A DNA stretch of 64,000 nucleotides. Origin: Gemmatimonadota bacterium (GTDB taxonomy: Bacteria; Gemmatimonadota; Gemmatimonadetes; Longimicrobiales; Gaopeijiaceae). The position numbers were made by a program, and so were the translations under genes. The stretch covers positions 31,472 to 95,471 of the forward strand of contig JACQVF010000115.1 of NCBI GenBank assembly GCA_016209885.1. Direction: 5' to 3'. The notes under the pieces are model-generated. The model made no database searches and was not told the origin of the DNA. It worked only from the letters and a program-made list of their open reading frames with translations. Below are positions 18,389-31,523 of the stretch, piece after piece; position 1 is the stretch's first letter, and the number at the start of each line of letters is the position of its first letter.

Positions 18389-19444
18389 ATGCAGATCTTC
18401 GAGATGATGGCGCAGGGCGAGCACGAGCAGGTGGTCTTCTGCTACGAGCCGACGTGCAGCTACCGGGGCATCATCGCGATCCACAATACGACCCTGGGTC
18501 CAGCGCTGGGCGGCACGCGCTTCTGGAGCTACCACAGCGGCGAGGAGGCGCTCATCGACGCGCTCCGCCTGTCGAAAGCCATGACGTACAAAGCGGCGGT
18601 GGCGGGCCTCAACCTCGGAGGCGGCAAGGCAGTGATCATCGGGGATCCGAAGACGACGCGTCGCGAGATGATTTTTCGTGCTCACGGGCGCTTCATCGAG
18701 TCACTGAAGGGACGCTACATCACGGCGGAGGACGTGGGCACCTCCGTGGACGACATGGATTACGTGCACATGGAGACGAAGTACGTCTCGGGCATCCACG
18801 GCAAGTCCGGCGACCCCTCGCCCGTGACCGCGTTCGGCGTATACCGCGGGATGAAGGCGTGCGTGAAGGAGCGCTGCGGCAGCGATTCGCTGGAGCGCAT
18901 GCATGTGGCGGTGCAGGGGGTGGGCCACGTGGGCTACCACCTGTGCGAGTACCTACACGCCGAGGGCGCGTGCCTCAGCGTCAGCGACATCGACGACGAG
19001 AGGGTGAAACGCGTGGTCCGGGACTTCGGTGCGACGGCGGTGGTGCCGGACGCGATCTACGCGGTCGACGCGCAGATCTTCGCGCCCTGCGCCCTCGGCT
19101 CCGTGGTGAACGACGAAACCATCGGGCAGTTCAAGTTCGAGATCGTTGCCGGCGGTGCGAACAACCAGCTCGCCGAGCCGCGCCACGGCGACGCGCTCCA
19201 CGAGCGCGGCATCCTCTACGCTCCCGACTACGTCATCAACGCCGGCGGTCTGATCAACGTCTATGGCGAGCTGAGCGACTGGACGGCCGAGCGCGCGCAG
19301 CGGAAGGCGGGCGAGATCTACGACACGCTTCTCCATCTCTTCGAGATCTCTCGAGAGGAGCGCGTGCCCACGTACGTGGCCGCGGACCGACTGGCGGAGC
19401 GGCGGATCGCGCAGGTGGCGCGGATCAAGCGGACCTGGGTGTGA
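18389..19444 (+). CDS. Leucine (Glu/Leu/Phe/Val family) dehydrogenase
   Basis: GLNLGGGKAVI catalytic-Lys region and VQGVGHVGYHL NAD-binding motif; 351 aa. Confidence 0.85.
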   Translation: MQIFEMMAQGEHEQVVFCYEPTCSYRGIIAIHNTTLGPALGGTRFWSYHSGEEALIDALRLSKAMTYKAAVAGLNLGGGKAVIIGDPKTTRREMIFRAHGRFIESLKGRYITAEDVGTSVDDMDYVHMETKYVSGIHGKSGDPSPVTAFGVYRGMKACVKERCGSDSLERMHVAVQGVGHVGYHLCEYLHAEGACLSVSDIDDERVKRVVRDFGATAVVPDAIYAVDAQIFAPCALGSVVNDETIGQFKFEIVAGGANNQLAEPRHGDALHERGILYAPDYVINAGGLINVYGELSDWTAERAQRKAGEIYDTLLHLFEISREERVPTYVAADRLAERRIAQVARIKRTWV

Positions 19445-19447
19445 CCC

Positions 19448-22135
19448 CTACGACCCGATCCAGTAGTTGAGCTTCACGAGCAGCACGTTTGCGCTGGCGC
19501 TGCCGAAGAGGCGGTCCACATCGCGGTCGAAGTCGAAGGAGCCGTCACGGTCGAAGGCGGTGCGCCCCTGGCTCCACACGACGAAGAGCGTCGAGCCGGG
19601 CCGGTACTCCCAGCGCAGCACCAGGTTCGAGCGGAACTGCTTGAAGTTGAAGTCCGGATCCTTGAAGGTGAACGCCGTGCTGCCGTCCGGCCGCCGTACC
19701 TGATACCGCTCGCCAGAGGGATCGTACCCGAGCTCGCCTGCGCCGTATTCGCGGAAGCGGTCGGCGAAGCGGGTGGCGCGTGGGTTGCGAATCTCGCGGA
19801 AACGGGTGTAGTCGCCGGCGCTGATGAACGGCTGGGCGTAGAGCTGGAGCGACAGGTTCGGCGTCAGCGTGTAGTTCAGCCGGGTCGTGAGCGAGACGGT
19901 GGTTTGCTCGAGCCGCCCGAACACGTAGCGCGGCTGGATGCCGTCCTCTCGATCTGCTACGTACTGCCACGGGTTGCGGTTCCAGGAGACGGATGGATGC
20001 ACGGATAGCTGGGCCCGGGTCGAAGGCCGGAGGGTGAGCTCAGGCCGTAGCGCGAGCTGCCCGCCGCCCGTCTCGTCTTCGAACGAGACGTTGCCGTTCA
20101 GCTCGGCGCTGACGGGCCGGCGGCGGTCCGTATAGAGGCCGAACCAGCCCTGCGTGCGCGGCGGCTGGACGATGGCCGGGCCGCCCCGCAGCGCCCACGG
20201 GGACAGCGCCTCGAGCTGGCGGCCGACGCCGGCGTAGCCGCCCCAGAAGTTCACCAGCTCGAACCCGCCATTCACGTTCCCGCCGCCCTCGACGCGCTCG
20301 CCGCCGAAGCTCCAGACGTTCCACTGGTTCAGGTTCACGTTCCAGCGCCGAAAGAGGGTGCCGGCGCGGAACTCGTCGTATCCGACGAAGGCGAACTGTG
20401 CACCGAAGTCCGCAGCCTGCTGGAAGCCCAGGTCGTTCACTTCGAACCCCGGCGAGCGGGCGAGGCCTCCGGCGGCCCAGCGCCAGTGGCCGCCGCCCAT
20501 CTTGGAGAGCATCAGGTTCGCCGCGTAGCCGCTCAGGGAGGTGCGCGTGGGATCAAAGGTCAGGTGGTCGGCATCGGGCCGCTGGAAGTAGTGCCCCGCG
20601 GCGCGCTGCACGCGCTCGATCGCATCCGCGTTCCCCCGGAGGTGGCTGCCCAGGAGCCAACCCTGAAGCTCGTAGTTCCCGCCTCCGAAGCGGTGGCGGA
20701 CGTCGATGCCGCCCGCGTAGGCCGCGCTGCGCAGGGAGCGGAGGTCCTCGCCCAGGTCACGATGAACCACCGTGACGATGGCCCCCAGGCCGCTGTGTCC
20801 CTGGCGGAAATCTTTCATGATCCGCGCCACGGCGTAGTTCGTGAGCGGCTCGACCTGCACGCGGTGCTCAGTCCCGCGCTGGTCCACGTAGCGCGCGTGC
20901 TCCGGCGCCGTGAGCGCATTCAGGGCCCCGATGGACCAGCCGTTCGCCGTCTTCCCGGACAGCTTCGCCGCGCCCAGGATCGTGCTCGCCTCCGGGACCT
21001 CGGCGTGCTCCGCCTCGTCGGGCAGCTCGCCCTGCGGGGAGCGCCCGATCCGGCGCGAGTAGAAGAGTAGCTCCTCCTGATCGCCCGGCTCCACGGAGAA
21101 GCGGAAGATCTCGCTCCCCTCGACGAAAAACGGGCGCCGCTCCCCGAAGAACGTCTCGAACGCCGTGAGGTTCACCACGGAGGGATCCGCCTCGACCTGT
21201 CCAAAGTCGGGATTGAACGTGGAGGTGACCGTAAGGCTCGAGCCGAGCCCGTATTTCACGTCCGCGCCCAGGGTGCCCGCCAGATCGGTGGGCTTGTAGA
21301 ACGGATCGCCGTCCGCTGCGGGCGCCCGTGTCGCGCTCGCAACGGAGTACGGCAGGATCTCCAGGCGGCGCGGCGGCGTGAGCCCCTGGAGTCCGCGCAG
21401 GTCGCCGAAGAGCGATACGAGGCCCGGCGAGTTCGGGAAGACCGGCGCCCACAACGACTCTTCGCCCCTGCGCGCGATGTCGCGCTTGAAGTTGATCCCC
21501 CAGATCCGGCCGCCCCGGGGCTCGTCGCTGCCGTGGCTGAAGCGGAGCTGGGAGAGCGGGATGCGGAGCTCGGCGGTCCAGCCCAGGGAGTCGATGGCGG
21601 CGGCGGCGTCCCAGACGGCGTCCCAGCTCAAGTCGTCCTGGCTGTCGTTGAAGAGGATGAGGTCCTGGCGCGCGCCCCGTGGATTCACTCCAAAAACGAA
21701 CGCGGTCCGGCGATCGTAATAACTGTCAATGCCCACGTGGAACCAATCCGAGTAGACGTCGTCGTCGCGGCGTGCGAGGCGCGCGACAATGGAGTCTGGC
21801 GCCGAGTCGTACAGACGGGCGCCCACGTAGAGCGCCTCGTCGTCGTAAAGGACGCGGACCTCCGTGCGCTCCGTGGCCGGGCTGCCGGCCTGCGGCTGGA
21901 TCTGGATGAAGTCGCTGGCCACGGGCGCCTGGGCCCACAACGCCTCGTCCAGGCGGCCGTCGATGGTGAGTCTTGCTCCCGCCGCGCGCGTAGCCTCGAG
22001 GACCCGCGGCCCGCTGGCCTGGGGCTCTGGGCCGCGGGTGGCGGTGGCGACGGTGTCCACGCGAACCATCTGCTGGGTCTGGGTGCCGACGCTGAGCAGC
22101 ACGCCGGCCAGCGGGATCAGGAGCCCCGCCGTCAT
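19448..22135 (-). CDS. DUF5916/CBM9-like large secreted outer-membrane hydrolase-like protein
   Basis: Signal peptide (MTAGLLIPLAGVLLSVG), N-terminal CBM9-like region, long beta-rich body ending ...LVKLNYWIGS (barrel-like terminus); ~895 aa. The ATG at 22135 was chosen over the longer ORF start. Confidence 0.7.
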   Translation of the reverse strand: MTAGLLIPLAGVLLSVGTQTQQMVRVDTVATATRGPEPQASGPRVLEATRAAGARLTIDGRLDEALWAQAPVASDFIQIQPQAGSPATERTEVRVLYDDEALYVGARLYDSAPDSIVARLARRDDDVYSDWFHVGIDSYYDRRTAFVFGVNPRGARQDLILFNDSQDDLSWDAVWDAAAAIDSLGWTAELRIPLSQLRFSHGSDEPRGGRIWGINFKRDIARRGEESLWAPVFPNSPGLVSLFGDLRGLQGLTPPRRLEILPYSVASATRAPAADGDPFYKPTDLAGTLGADVKYGLGSSLTVTSTFNPDFGQVEADPSVVNLTAFETFFGERRPFFVEGSEIFRFSVEPGDQEELLFYSRRIGRSPQGELPDEAEHAEVPEASTILGAAKLSGKTANGWSIGALNALTAPEHARYVDQRGTEHRVQVEPLTNYAVARIMKDFRQGHSGLGAIVTVVHRDLGEDLRSLRSAAYAGGIDVRHRFGGGNYELQGWLLGSHLRGNADAIERVQRAAGHYFQRPDADHLTFDPTRTSLSGYAANLMLSKMGGGHWRWAAGGLARSPGFEVNDLGFQQAADFGAQFAFVGYDEFRAGTLFRRWNVNLNQWNVWSFGGERVEGGGNVNGGFELVNFWGGYAGVGRQLEALSPWALRGGPAIVQPPRTQGWFGLYTDRRRPVSAELNGNVSFEDETGGGQLALRPELTLRPSTRAQLSVHPSVSWNRNPWQYVADREDGIQPRYVFGRLEQTTVSLTTRLNYTLTPNLSLQLYAQPFISAGDYTRFREIRNPRATRFADRFREYGAGELGYDPSGERYQVRRPDGSTAFTFKDPDFNFKQFRSNLVLRWEYRPGSTLFVVWSQGRTAFDRDGSFDFDRDVDRLFGSASANVLLVKLNYWIGS

Positions 22136-22491
22136 GGCTGGCACTTCGTTCTCCCTCAAAGGGTTGCGCTTGCCGCCCCGGGGCGCCGGCCTGCCCGCCG
22201 AAGCGGCCGCTCCACCGCCCTACGAAGGCGGTGGCCCCCGGGTTTCGCGGGCCGTCGAGGGTCTCGCGTGCGGCCGGGCGTACTTCGGAACGATGGGCCG
22301 CAGCGCCATCGGGGCGGGTGTGACATTTTGACGACCGGCCCGCAGGTTTCGGGGCGTCTCGCCCGCCCCAGGCGCGGGCTCGCGAGGGGCTCCCGAGGCA
22401 CCACCCTCGACGCTGCCGGGTCGGACGGTTAAGATTTTGTGAACGGGCCTGCCATCGGGGGCTGTGCCCGGTGAGGAGGAACGGACGTCGC

Positions 22492-23745
22492 ATGAGCGCG
22501 CTGTTCGAGACGGACCGCGACATCTACGAGGCGATCCAGGCCGAGATCCGCAGGCAGGCGACACAGCTCGAGCTGATCGCCAGCGAGAACTTCGTGTCCC
22601 GAGCCGTATTGGAGGCCATGGGCTCGGTGATGACGAACAAGTACGCCGAGGGGCTGCCGGCGAAGCGCTACTACGGGGGGTGCGAGTTCGTGGACGTCGC
22701 CGAGAGCCTGGCCCGCGAGCGGGCCTGCCAGCTCTTTGGCGCGCAGCACGCCAACGTCCAGCCCCACTCGGGCGCTCAGGCCAACATGGCTGCGTACTTC
22801 GCGTTCCTGAACCCGGGCGACAAGATCCTGGGCATGAACCTGAGCCACGGCGGCCACCTGACCCACGGCTCACCCGTAAACTTCAGCGGCCGGTTCTTCA
22901 ACGTGGTGCCGTATGGCGTGCGCGAGGAGGACGGTCACATCGCCTACGAGGCGCTGAGAGAGCTGGCGCAGCGCGAGCGGCCGCGGATGATCATCGCTGG
23001 CGCCAGCGCCTACCCCCGTATCATCGACTTCGAGGTCATGGCCGAGATCGCGCGGGAGGTCGAGGCGATCTTCCTGGTGGACATGGCGCATATCGCCGGG
23101 CTTGTGGCCACGGACGTGCACCCGAGCCCGATCCCGCATGCGGATGTGGTGACGACCACGACCCACAAGACGCTGCGCGGTCCGCGCGGCGGGATGATCC
23201 TGTGCCCGGAGATCCATGGGAAGGCCATCGACAAGACGGTGTTCCCGGGGATGCAGGGCGGGCCGCTCATGCATGTGATCGCCGCGAAAGCCGTGGCGCT
23301 GAAGGAGGCCATGACGCCGGAGTTCAGGACGTACGCGCGCCAGATCGTAGCGAACGCGCAGGCGCTGGCGGAGCGTCTGGTCGAGCACGGGTTCGAGCTG
23401 GTAAGCGGTGGCACGGACAACCACCTCCTTTTGGTGGACTTGCGGCGGCGCGACATCACCGGCAAGGATGCGGAGGCCGCGCTGGAACGGGCGGGTATCA
23501 CGGTGAACAAGAACACCGTGCCGGGCGAGACCCGCTCGCCCTTCGTGACCTCCGGGCTGCGGATCGGCACGCCCGCGGTGACCACTCGCGGGCTGGCGGA
23601 GCCCGAGATGCGGCAGATCGGCGATTGGATCGCCGAGGTGCTGGCCGCCCCCAGCGACGAGTCGGTGACCCGTCGCGTGCGGACGGAAGTTGCGGAGCTG
23701 TGTGCTGCGTTCCCGCTCTACGAGGAGCTGGTGGCCATGGCGTAG
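22492..23745 (+). CDS. glyA: Serine hydroxymethyltransferase
   Basis: Strong RBS GGAGG. Canonical SHMT motifs ([22 protein letters not shown]). Confidence 0.95.
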   Translation: MSALFETDRDIYEAIQAEIRRQATQLELIASENFVSRAVLEAMGSVMTNKYAEGLPAKRYYGGCEFVDVAESLARERACQLFGAQHANVQPHSGAQANMAAYFAFLNPGDKILGMNLSHGGHLTHGSPVNFSGRFFNVVPYGVREEDGHIAYEALRELAQRERPRMIIAGASAYPRIIDFEVMAEIAREVEAIFLVDMAHIAGLVATDVHPSPIPHADVVTTTTHKTLRGPRGGMILCPEIHGKAIDKTVFPGMQGGPLMHVIAAKAVALKEAMTPEFRTYARQIVANAQALAERLVEHGFELVSGGTDNHLLLVDLRRRDITGKDAEAALERAGITVNKNTVPGETRSPFVTSGLRIGTPAVTTRGLAEPEMRQIGDWIAEVLAAPSDESVTRRVRTEVAELCAAFPLYEELVAMA

Positions 23746-23806
23746 ACGCGGGCGAGCGAGCGCCGCGCGGTGCGGCGCCGTGGATCCGCGTGAAACTGAT
23801 TGCTCG

Positions 23807-24187
23807 ATGACCGAATTGCAGTTGGCGGAGGAAGTGCTCGCGGGGCTTCGGGAGCGATACCCGCGCTACCACGAGAAGGCGTATGTTTTCGTGCTGGCCG
23901 CGCTCCAGTACGTGATGGAGCGGCTCGAGGAGCCGCGCCATATCTCGGGCGCCGAATTGGCTTATGGCGCGCGGGCGCTGGCGATCGACCACTTCGGGCC
24001 GCTGGCGCGCACCGTTCTGGAGCACTGGGGTATTCATCGAACGGAGGACCTGGGCGAGATCGTCTTCGCCCTGGTCGAGTGTGGGATCCTGATCAAAGAG
24101 GAAACCGACCGCTTGGACGACTTTCGCGAGGTCTACGACTTCGAGGAAGCGTTCGAGCATGAATACCCTTGGGGGGCGGGGTTGTAG
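23807..24187 (+). CDS. Conserved hypothetical protein (acidic, ~126 aa)
   Basis: Clean ORF in the glyA-nnr gap; no domain recognised. Confidence 0.55.
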   Translation: MTELQLAEEVLAGLRERYPRYHEKAYVFVLAALQYVMERLEEPRHISGAELAYGARALAIDHFGPLARTVLEHWGIHRTEDLGEIVFALVECGILIKEETDRLDDFREVYDFEEAFEHEYPWGAGL

Positions 24188-24378
24188 CCGCGGTCCGGTC
24201 TCACCGGGTTATTCGGTTCTCTCCGTCGCACTGGCGCGCCGCGGCGCGGGCCTCGATTCGACGAGGTACTTCGTGTCCTCACCCCTGTTGCCGGTTCGGG
24301 GCCGGCGGTCTGCAGCTTTGCCCGAGCGGCGGAGGTTGGCGCGGTTTGAAGCTTCCACGATGACGGGAGGGGTTGATT

Positions 24379-24576
24379 ATGGCGGACGAAGCTGAATTCC
24401 CCAAGTGCCTGAAGTGCGAACGCGGCCAGCTGCTGCCGTTCTCCGACTACGGTCGTGAAGGGGCGCCCATTCGCTACAAAGCCTGGGTCTGCTCGAATCC
24501 CGATTGCGGATTCAACATCCGGATCGACAATGGGGAGATCACCTTCGGGCGGACGATCGGTCAGAGCTACAAGTAG
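24379..24576 (+). CDS. Small C4 zinc-ribbon protein (66 aa)
   Basis: GGGAGGGG RBS 6 nt upstream. CLKC ... CSNPDC zinc-ribbon spacing. Confidence 0.5.
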   Translation: MADEAEFPKCLKCERGQLLPFSDYGREGAPIRYKAWVCSNPDCGFNIRIDNGEITFGRTIGQSYK

Positions 24577-24732
24577 CCGGGCGCGCACGACGCCCGAGGT
24601 AACCACCGTTTCCATTCCACCGGTACTGAGTGAGATGCCCGGGACCCGCCCCGAGGGCAAGGGTTCCGCCATCGTGATGCGCCGGTCGTATATGTCGCGC
24701 GGCCCGCGGGATCGGCCGCGCGGCTCCCGCTC

Positions 24733-26337
24733 ATGAGAGGCAGAAGCGTCTTCGGTCGCGAGGATGTGGGTGCGCCGACCTCCGCGGAGGCTGCGGCGTT
24801 CGATCGTCACGCGGCGCAATCGCTGGGCGTTCCCGAGCCCACGCTGATGGAGAACGCGGGGCGCGGTGCCGCCCAGGTCCTCGAGCGGCTGTACCCTCGT
24901 GGCCGGGTGCTCGGCGTCGTCGGGCCCGGCAACAACGGCGGTGACGCGCTGGTGCTCCTGCGCACGCTGGCGGCCTGGGGCCGGCCGGTCGCCGCGCTGC
25001 CGGCGGCGAAGCGAGGACCCGACACGCTGCTCCACGGCTGGCCGCTCGAGGGGTGGTGTGCCGAGGGCGTCGAACCGGCGGCGGAAGACCGAGCGGCGCG
25101 GGCGCTGGCGGACGCAGATGTCATCGTGGACGGCATCCTGGGCACGGGGGCGCACGGTGCGCCACGGGAGCCGCAGGCGCGGTTCATTCGCGCGATAACG
25201 GGGACAGGTCGGACGGGTCGGCCCGTCGTCGCCCTGGACATTCCGTCCGGCGTGGATGCGACCACGGGCGAAGCGCGGGGAGAGGCGGTGACGGCGGAGG
25301 TCACCATCGCCTTCGGCTGGCCGAAGCGGGGGACGCTCCTCCAACCCGGGCGCTCGCACGCCGGACGCATCGTGGCCGTGGAGATCGGATTTCCAGCGCC
25401 GGGCGAGCGGGCCTTCGCCGCGCGCCTGCTCACCCCCGGATGGGCGTCCGCACGGCGGCCCCGGCGGCCGCCGGACGCCCACAAGGGCTCTGTGGGGCAG
25501 GTGCTCATCGTGGCGGGCCGCGTGGGGATGGCGGGAGCCGCCGCCATGGCGGGGGCCGCGGCCGTGGCCGCGCGGAGCGCGCTGCGGGCAGGCCTCGGGT
25601 TGCTCCGTATCGCGTCGATGCCGGAGAACCGCGAGATCCTTCAGACGCTGGTCCCGGAGGCGATCTTCATCGATCGGCGGCAGGGCGAGGAACTCGAGGC
25701 GGCCATCTCTGTGTCCGACGCTATAGCCATCGGGCCCGGAATGGGCGTGGACGACGATGCGGCGCGCCTCCTGGAGCTCGTGGTGGCCCGGAGCGAACCG
25801 CGTCCGCTCCTCCTCGATGCCGACGCGCTGACCCTCGTGGGTCAAGGGGTCCTGCACCCGTTCCGAGAGGTGGGGGCGCGGCGGCCCGTGCTTCTGACGC
25901 CACACCCTGGCGAGCTGGAACGAATCTGCGGGCGGGCTCGCCACGAGATTCTGGGGGCCCGCGTGGAAGCGGCGGCCGAGGCCGCCAGCACCCTGCGGGC
26001 CACCGTGCTGCTCAAAGGGTTGCCGTCCATCGTGGTGAGCCCGGACGGCGCCGCCTGGATCAACACGGTGGGCAGCTCGGACCTCGCCACCGGCGGGATG
26101 GGCGATGTGCTCACCGGGGCGGCCGCCACGTTTGTCGCCCAGGGCGCCTCTGCCGCGGAGGCGGCCGGCCTGGCGCTGTACTACACGGGCCGGGCCGCCG
26201 ACCTGGCCGACCGGGGCGTATCGCTCCTCCCCTTCGACCTGACGGAGCGGCTCCCCGATGCCCTCGCGGAAGAGGGCCCCGGCGAGAACCCGCTCGGCCT
26301 CCCGTTCGTGGTCTTCGACCAGGAGCCGCCGCACTAG
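24733..26337 (+). CDS. nnr: Bifunctional NAD(P)H-hydrate epimerase/dehydratase
   Basis: YjeF-N region (VVGPGNNGGDALVL) followed by a carbohydrate-kinase-like region (TPHPGEL, GGMGDVLTG). Confidence 0.85.
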   Translation: MRGRSVFGREDVGAPTSAEAAAFDRHAAQSLGVPEPTLMENAGRGAAQVLERLYPRGRVLGVVGPGNNGGDALVLLRTLAAWGRPVAALPAAKRGPDTLLHGWPLEGWCAEGVEPAAEDRAARALADADVIVDGILGTGAHGAPREPQARFIRAITGTGRTGRPVVALDIPSGVDATTGEARGEAVTAEVTIAFGWPKRGTLLQPGRSHAGRIVAVEIGFPAPGERAFAARLLTPGWASARRPRRPPDAHKGSVGQVLIVAGRVGMAGAAAMAGAAAVAARSALRAGLGLLRIASMPENREILQTLVPEAIFIDRRQGEELEAAISVSDAIAIGPGMGVDDDAARLLELVVARSEPRPLLLDADALTLVGQGVLHPFREVGARRPVLLTPHPGELERICGRARHEILGARVEAAAEAASTLRATVLLKGLPSIVVSPDGAAWINTVGSSDLATGGMGDVLTGAAATFVAQGASAAEAAGLALYYTGRAADLADRGVSLLPFDLTERLPDALAEEGPGENPLGLPFVVFDQEPPH

Positions 26338-27965
26338 TGAACGCGTGTGTGCGCGCCCCGAGGTTCTGGACCGCCGCGCTCGCGTGGCTGCTGGCGGGCG
26401 CGGCTTCCCTGCCAGCTCAGGAGCGGGCGTTCTGGCGTCCCGAGGACCGCGCCGTGCTTACGGCGTTCCACGAGATCGAGGCGCTAGCCCGTGACGAGCG
26501 AAGGATCTACGCCGCGACGCCGCGCGGGCTCGCCATCTACGACTTCGTGGCGGCGCGCTGGGAGTTGCCATCCACGGAGGAGGATGGCTACCCGGTAGGC
26601 CAGATCCCCACAGCTACGGCGTTCGACCCGGCCAGCCGCGCCGTATGGCTGGCCACGGCGGACGGCGCCCTCTTCTCCTTTCAGGCCGACCTGCAGCGCT
26701 GGGATGCGTGGGGTCCGGCCGCCACGGGCCCGATCCTGCGGATCGTGCCCGCGTCAGGTCTCCCCGCGGCGTGGGGCGAAAGTGGGCTGTATGTCCTGAC
26801 GCGGGCGGGGTGGTATCGCGTAGCACGGTTCGGCGGCCCCGCCGAGCCGGTGCCCGCCGGGCGGCTGCCGCCGGAGCTCGTTCGCGCGGCCGAGTCCGTC
26901 GAGGCGCGAATCTCGGGCGCCGACCCGTTCTTCGCCGCGGTGCGTGGTACGCTCGCCCTGGACGCCATGCTCCGCAGGTGGCCGATCACGGACTACGTGG
27001 CGGACGATCGGCCCAACCGGTACTGGATCGCAACGCGTGGCGGGCATCTCCTGCACTACGATAGTCGGTTCATGCGCGCCGAGCCGCGCCCGTTCGGGTT
27101 GCTCACCGTCGGTGTGCAGTCTCTGGCTGCTGACGGCGCTGGGGGCATCTGGTTCGGAGGCGATGGCCGCGGGACGAGGCGCGGCGTGACCTGGGGCTCC
27201 GATCGCATGCAGGCGTGGCGATACTACGAGGCGGGGATCACGGGCGCGCCAGCAGGTCCAGTGTTCGACATGGTGGGCTCGGGCGCGGCGACCTGGTTCG
27301 CCGCGCCAGACGGACTCCACCGCCTCGACCTCGAGACGCAGCGCTGGCGGCGCTGGACCGAAGCCGACGGGCTGCCGTCGGCGACGGCGTACGCGCTGGA
27401 ACCGGCGCCCGACGGTGGCGTGTGGGTCGGCACGGCGGCAGGGCCGGCACGGGTGACCGCGGACGGGACGGTAGCCGCTGTATCGCTGGGTGCCCGCCAG
27501 CCGGCACGCGCGCTGCTGCTCCTCCGGGATACCCTCTGGGTCGGCGGCGATCTGGGAGTCTTCTGGCTGCTCGCCGACGGAGTCGCCTACCCGGCCACGG
27601 ACGGGGCCGGAGCAGCGCCGCCCGCACCGGTGCTGGATCTGGCGGTGACAGCGGGCGCAGTGTGGGCGCTGGCGTCAGATGCGCTTTGGCGGTGGGACGG
27701 CCAGCACTGGGACGGCCCGCAGCGTGAGGTCGCGCTCGAGGGCCTGGGTCGGCTCGCACGCCTGCGCGTCGATGGACCGGTTGTGTGGGTGGCCGGAAGC
27801 GGTGGGATCGCGCACCGCGACGCCGGGACCGGAACCTGGCGAATCTACCGCGTGGGCGCCACCATTCCCCGGGGTCCCGTGACCGACGTGCTGCCGGAGC
27901 GAGAGGTCGTGTATGCTGCGACGCCGGCCGGAGCCGTGAGGATCGCATGGACGCGCCTTCCCTGA
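26337..27965 (+). CDS. Secreted beta-propeller protein (Reg_prop-like two-component-regulator propeller repeats)
   Basis: GTG overlaps the nnr stop. Signal peptide, then repeated W..GT..GL blades (VWLATADGAL, IWFGGDGRG, VWVGTAAGPA, LWVGGDLGVF, VWVAGSGGIA). Confidence 0.65.
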   Translation: MNACVRAPRFWTAALAWLLAGAASLPAQERAFWRPEDRAVLTAFHEIEALARDERRIYAATPRGLAIYDFVAARWELPSTEEDGYPVGQIPTATAFDPASRAVWLATADGALFSFQADLQRWDAWGPAATGPILRIVPASGLPAAWGESGLYVLTRAGWYRVARFGGPAEPVPAGRLPPELVRAAESVEARISGADPFFAAVRGTLALDAMLRRWPITDYVADDRPNRYWIATRGGHLLHYDSRFMRAEPRPFGLLTVGVQSLAADGAGGIWFGGDGRGTRRGVTWGSDRMQAWRYYEAGITGAPAGPVFDMVGSGAATWFAAPDGLHRLDLETQRWRRWTEADGLPSATAYALEPAPDGGVWVGTAAGPARVTADGTVAAVSLGARQPARALLLLRDTLWVGGDLGVFWLLADGVAYPATDGAGAAPPAPVLDLAVTAGAVWALASDALWRWDGQHWDGPQREVALEGLGRLARLRVDGPVVWVAGSGGIAHRDAGTGTWRIYRVGATIPRGPVTDVLPEREVVYAATPAGAVRIAWTRLP

Positions 27966-28029
27966 GCACGAGCGGCGCTTCTCAGCGCGGCGGGCACTCT
28001 CGGCGCCGGTCGCGAAGCGGAGGCGGCCG

Positions 28030-29054
28030 GTGAGCGGGCCCGGGTCCGGCGGCGCGCGGACGGTGCGCCTGGGACCGGGGGCAGAGTTCGACCTGATCCG
28101 CCGTATCCTCGGCCGCTCCGAGCCGCCAGCCCTCGGTGCCGTGCGCGTGGGGCCCGGCGACGACTGTGCGGTCGTCCAGGGAGATGGGATCGCGATCTCG
28201 TGCGACCTCAGCGTCGAGGATGTCCATTTCCGGCGCGCCTGGCTGGAGCCCGAGGAGATCGGCTACCGCGCCGCTGCGGCGGCGCTGAGCGACCTGGCGG
28301 CGGTGGCGGCGGCGCCCATCGGGATCCTGGCGGCGATGGCGATCCCCGCGCGCGACGGCGAAGCCGTCGGGTTGCAGGTTGCCGAGGGGATCACTGCCGC
28401 GGCCCGGGACGTGGGCGCCGCGCTCCTGGGCGGGGACGTTTCCCGGTCGCCGGGACCCCTGGTCATCGACGTCATCGCGGTGGGAGAGGCACCGAATCCG
28501 ATCCTGCGCAGCGGCGCGAGGCCGCAGGATGAGCTCTGGGTCACCGGCGAGCTGGGGTGTAGTGCCGCGGTGGTGCGCCAGCTTCAGGTGCAGGGAACGC
28601 CGGGCGCGGAGGCCCGCCAGCGTTTCGCCCGGCCCCGCCCCCGCACCACCGAGGCACGCTGGCTGGCCGCGCACGTGGAGCTCCATGCCATGATCGATCT
28701 CTCCGACGGGCTCGCCGGCGACGCGGGGCACATCGCGGCCGCCAGCGGGGTCGCGGTCGTCCTGGACCTGGAGGGCATTCCGATTCACGCGGCGGCGCGT
28801 GAGGTGGCGGCCACCCACGAGGACGCGCTGCGGCTCGCTCTTGCGGGTGGCGAGGACTACGAGCTCTGCTTCGCGGCGCCCGCGGGTGCCGTGGAGCCGG
28901 TGCGCGAGGCGTTCAGGGAGCGATTCGGGATCGCGCTCACCCGGGCGGGCCGCGTCACGGAGGGGGAGGGGGTGTGGGTCGAGGATCCCGTTGGCGGCCG
29001 ACCCCGGCCGACTCCCTTCCGCGGCTTCGACCATTTCCGCGGCGGAGTGTCCGC

Positions 29055-29058
<4 letters not shown>
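28030..29058 (+). CDS. thiL: Thiamine-monophosphate kinase
   Basis: AIR-synthase-related fold motifs (GPGDDCAVV, EDVHF, LGGDVSRSP). Confidence 0.8.
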
Positions 29059-31491
<2,433 letters not shown>

Positions 31492-31523
31492 AAAGCGGTA
31501 AGAAGCGGTAAGAAGCGGGGATC

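Noticed and set aside
22136-22491. Possible ZTP (pfl) or other riboswitch in the long glyA leader (contains GCCGGGTCGGACGG)
   Set aside because: glyA is a frequent ZTP-riboswitch target and a GGGTCG-GAC-GG stretch is present. However, the obligatory CCACCGGGGAGCG-like segment and the 3' CCGCCTGGGC pseudoknot partner are not recognisable. A covariance-model scan (Rfam RF01750) would be the decisive test. The sequence was not called.
24133-26334. 733-aa minus-strand ORF
   Set aside because: Antisense to nnr and the zinc-ribbon gene; no motifs; Arg/Gly/Pro-rich GC artefact.
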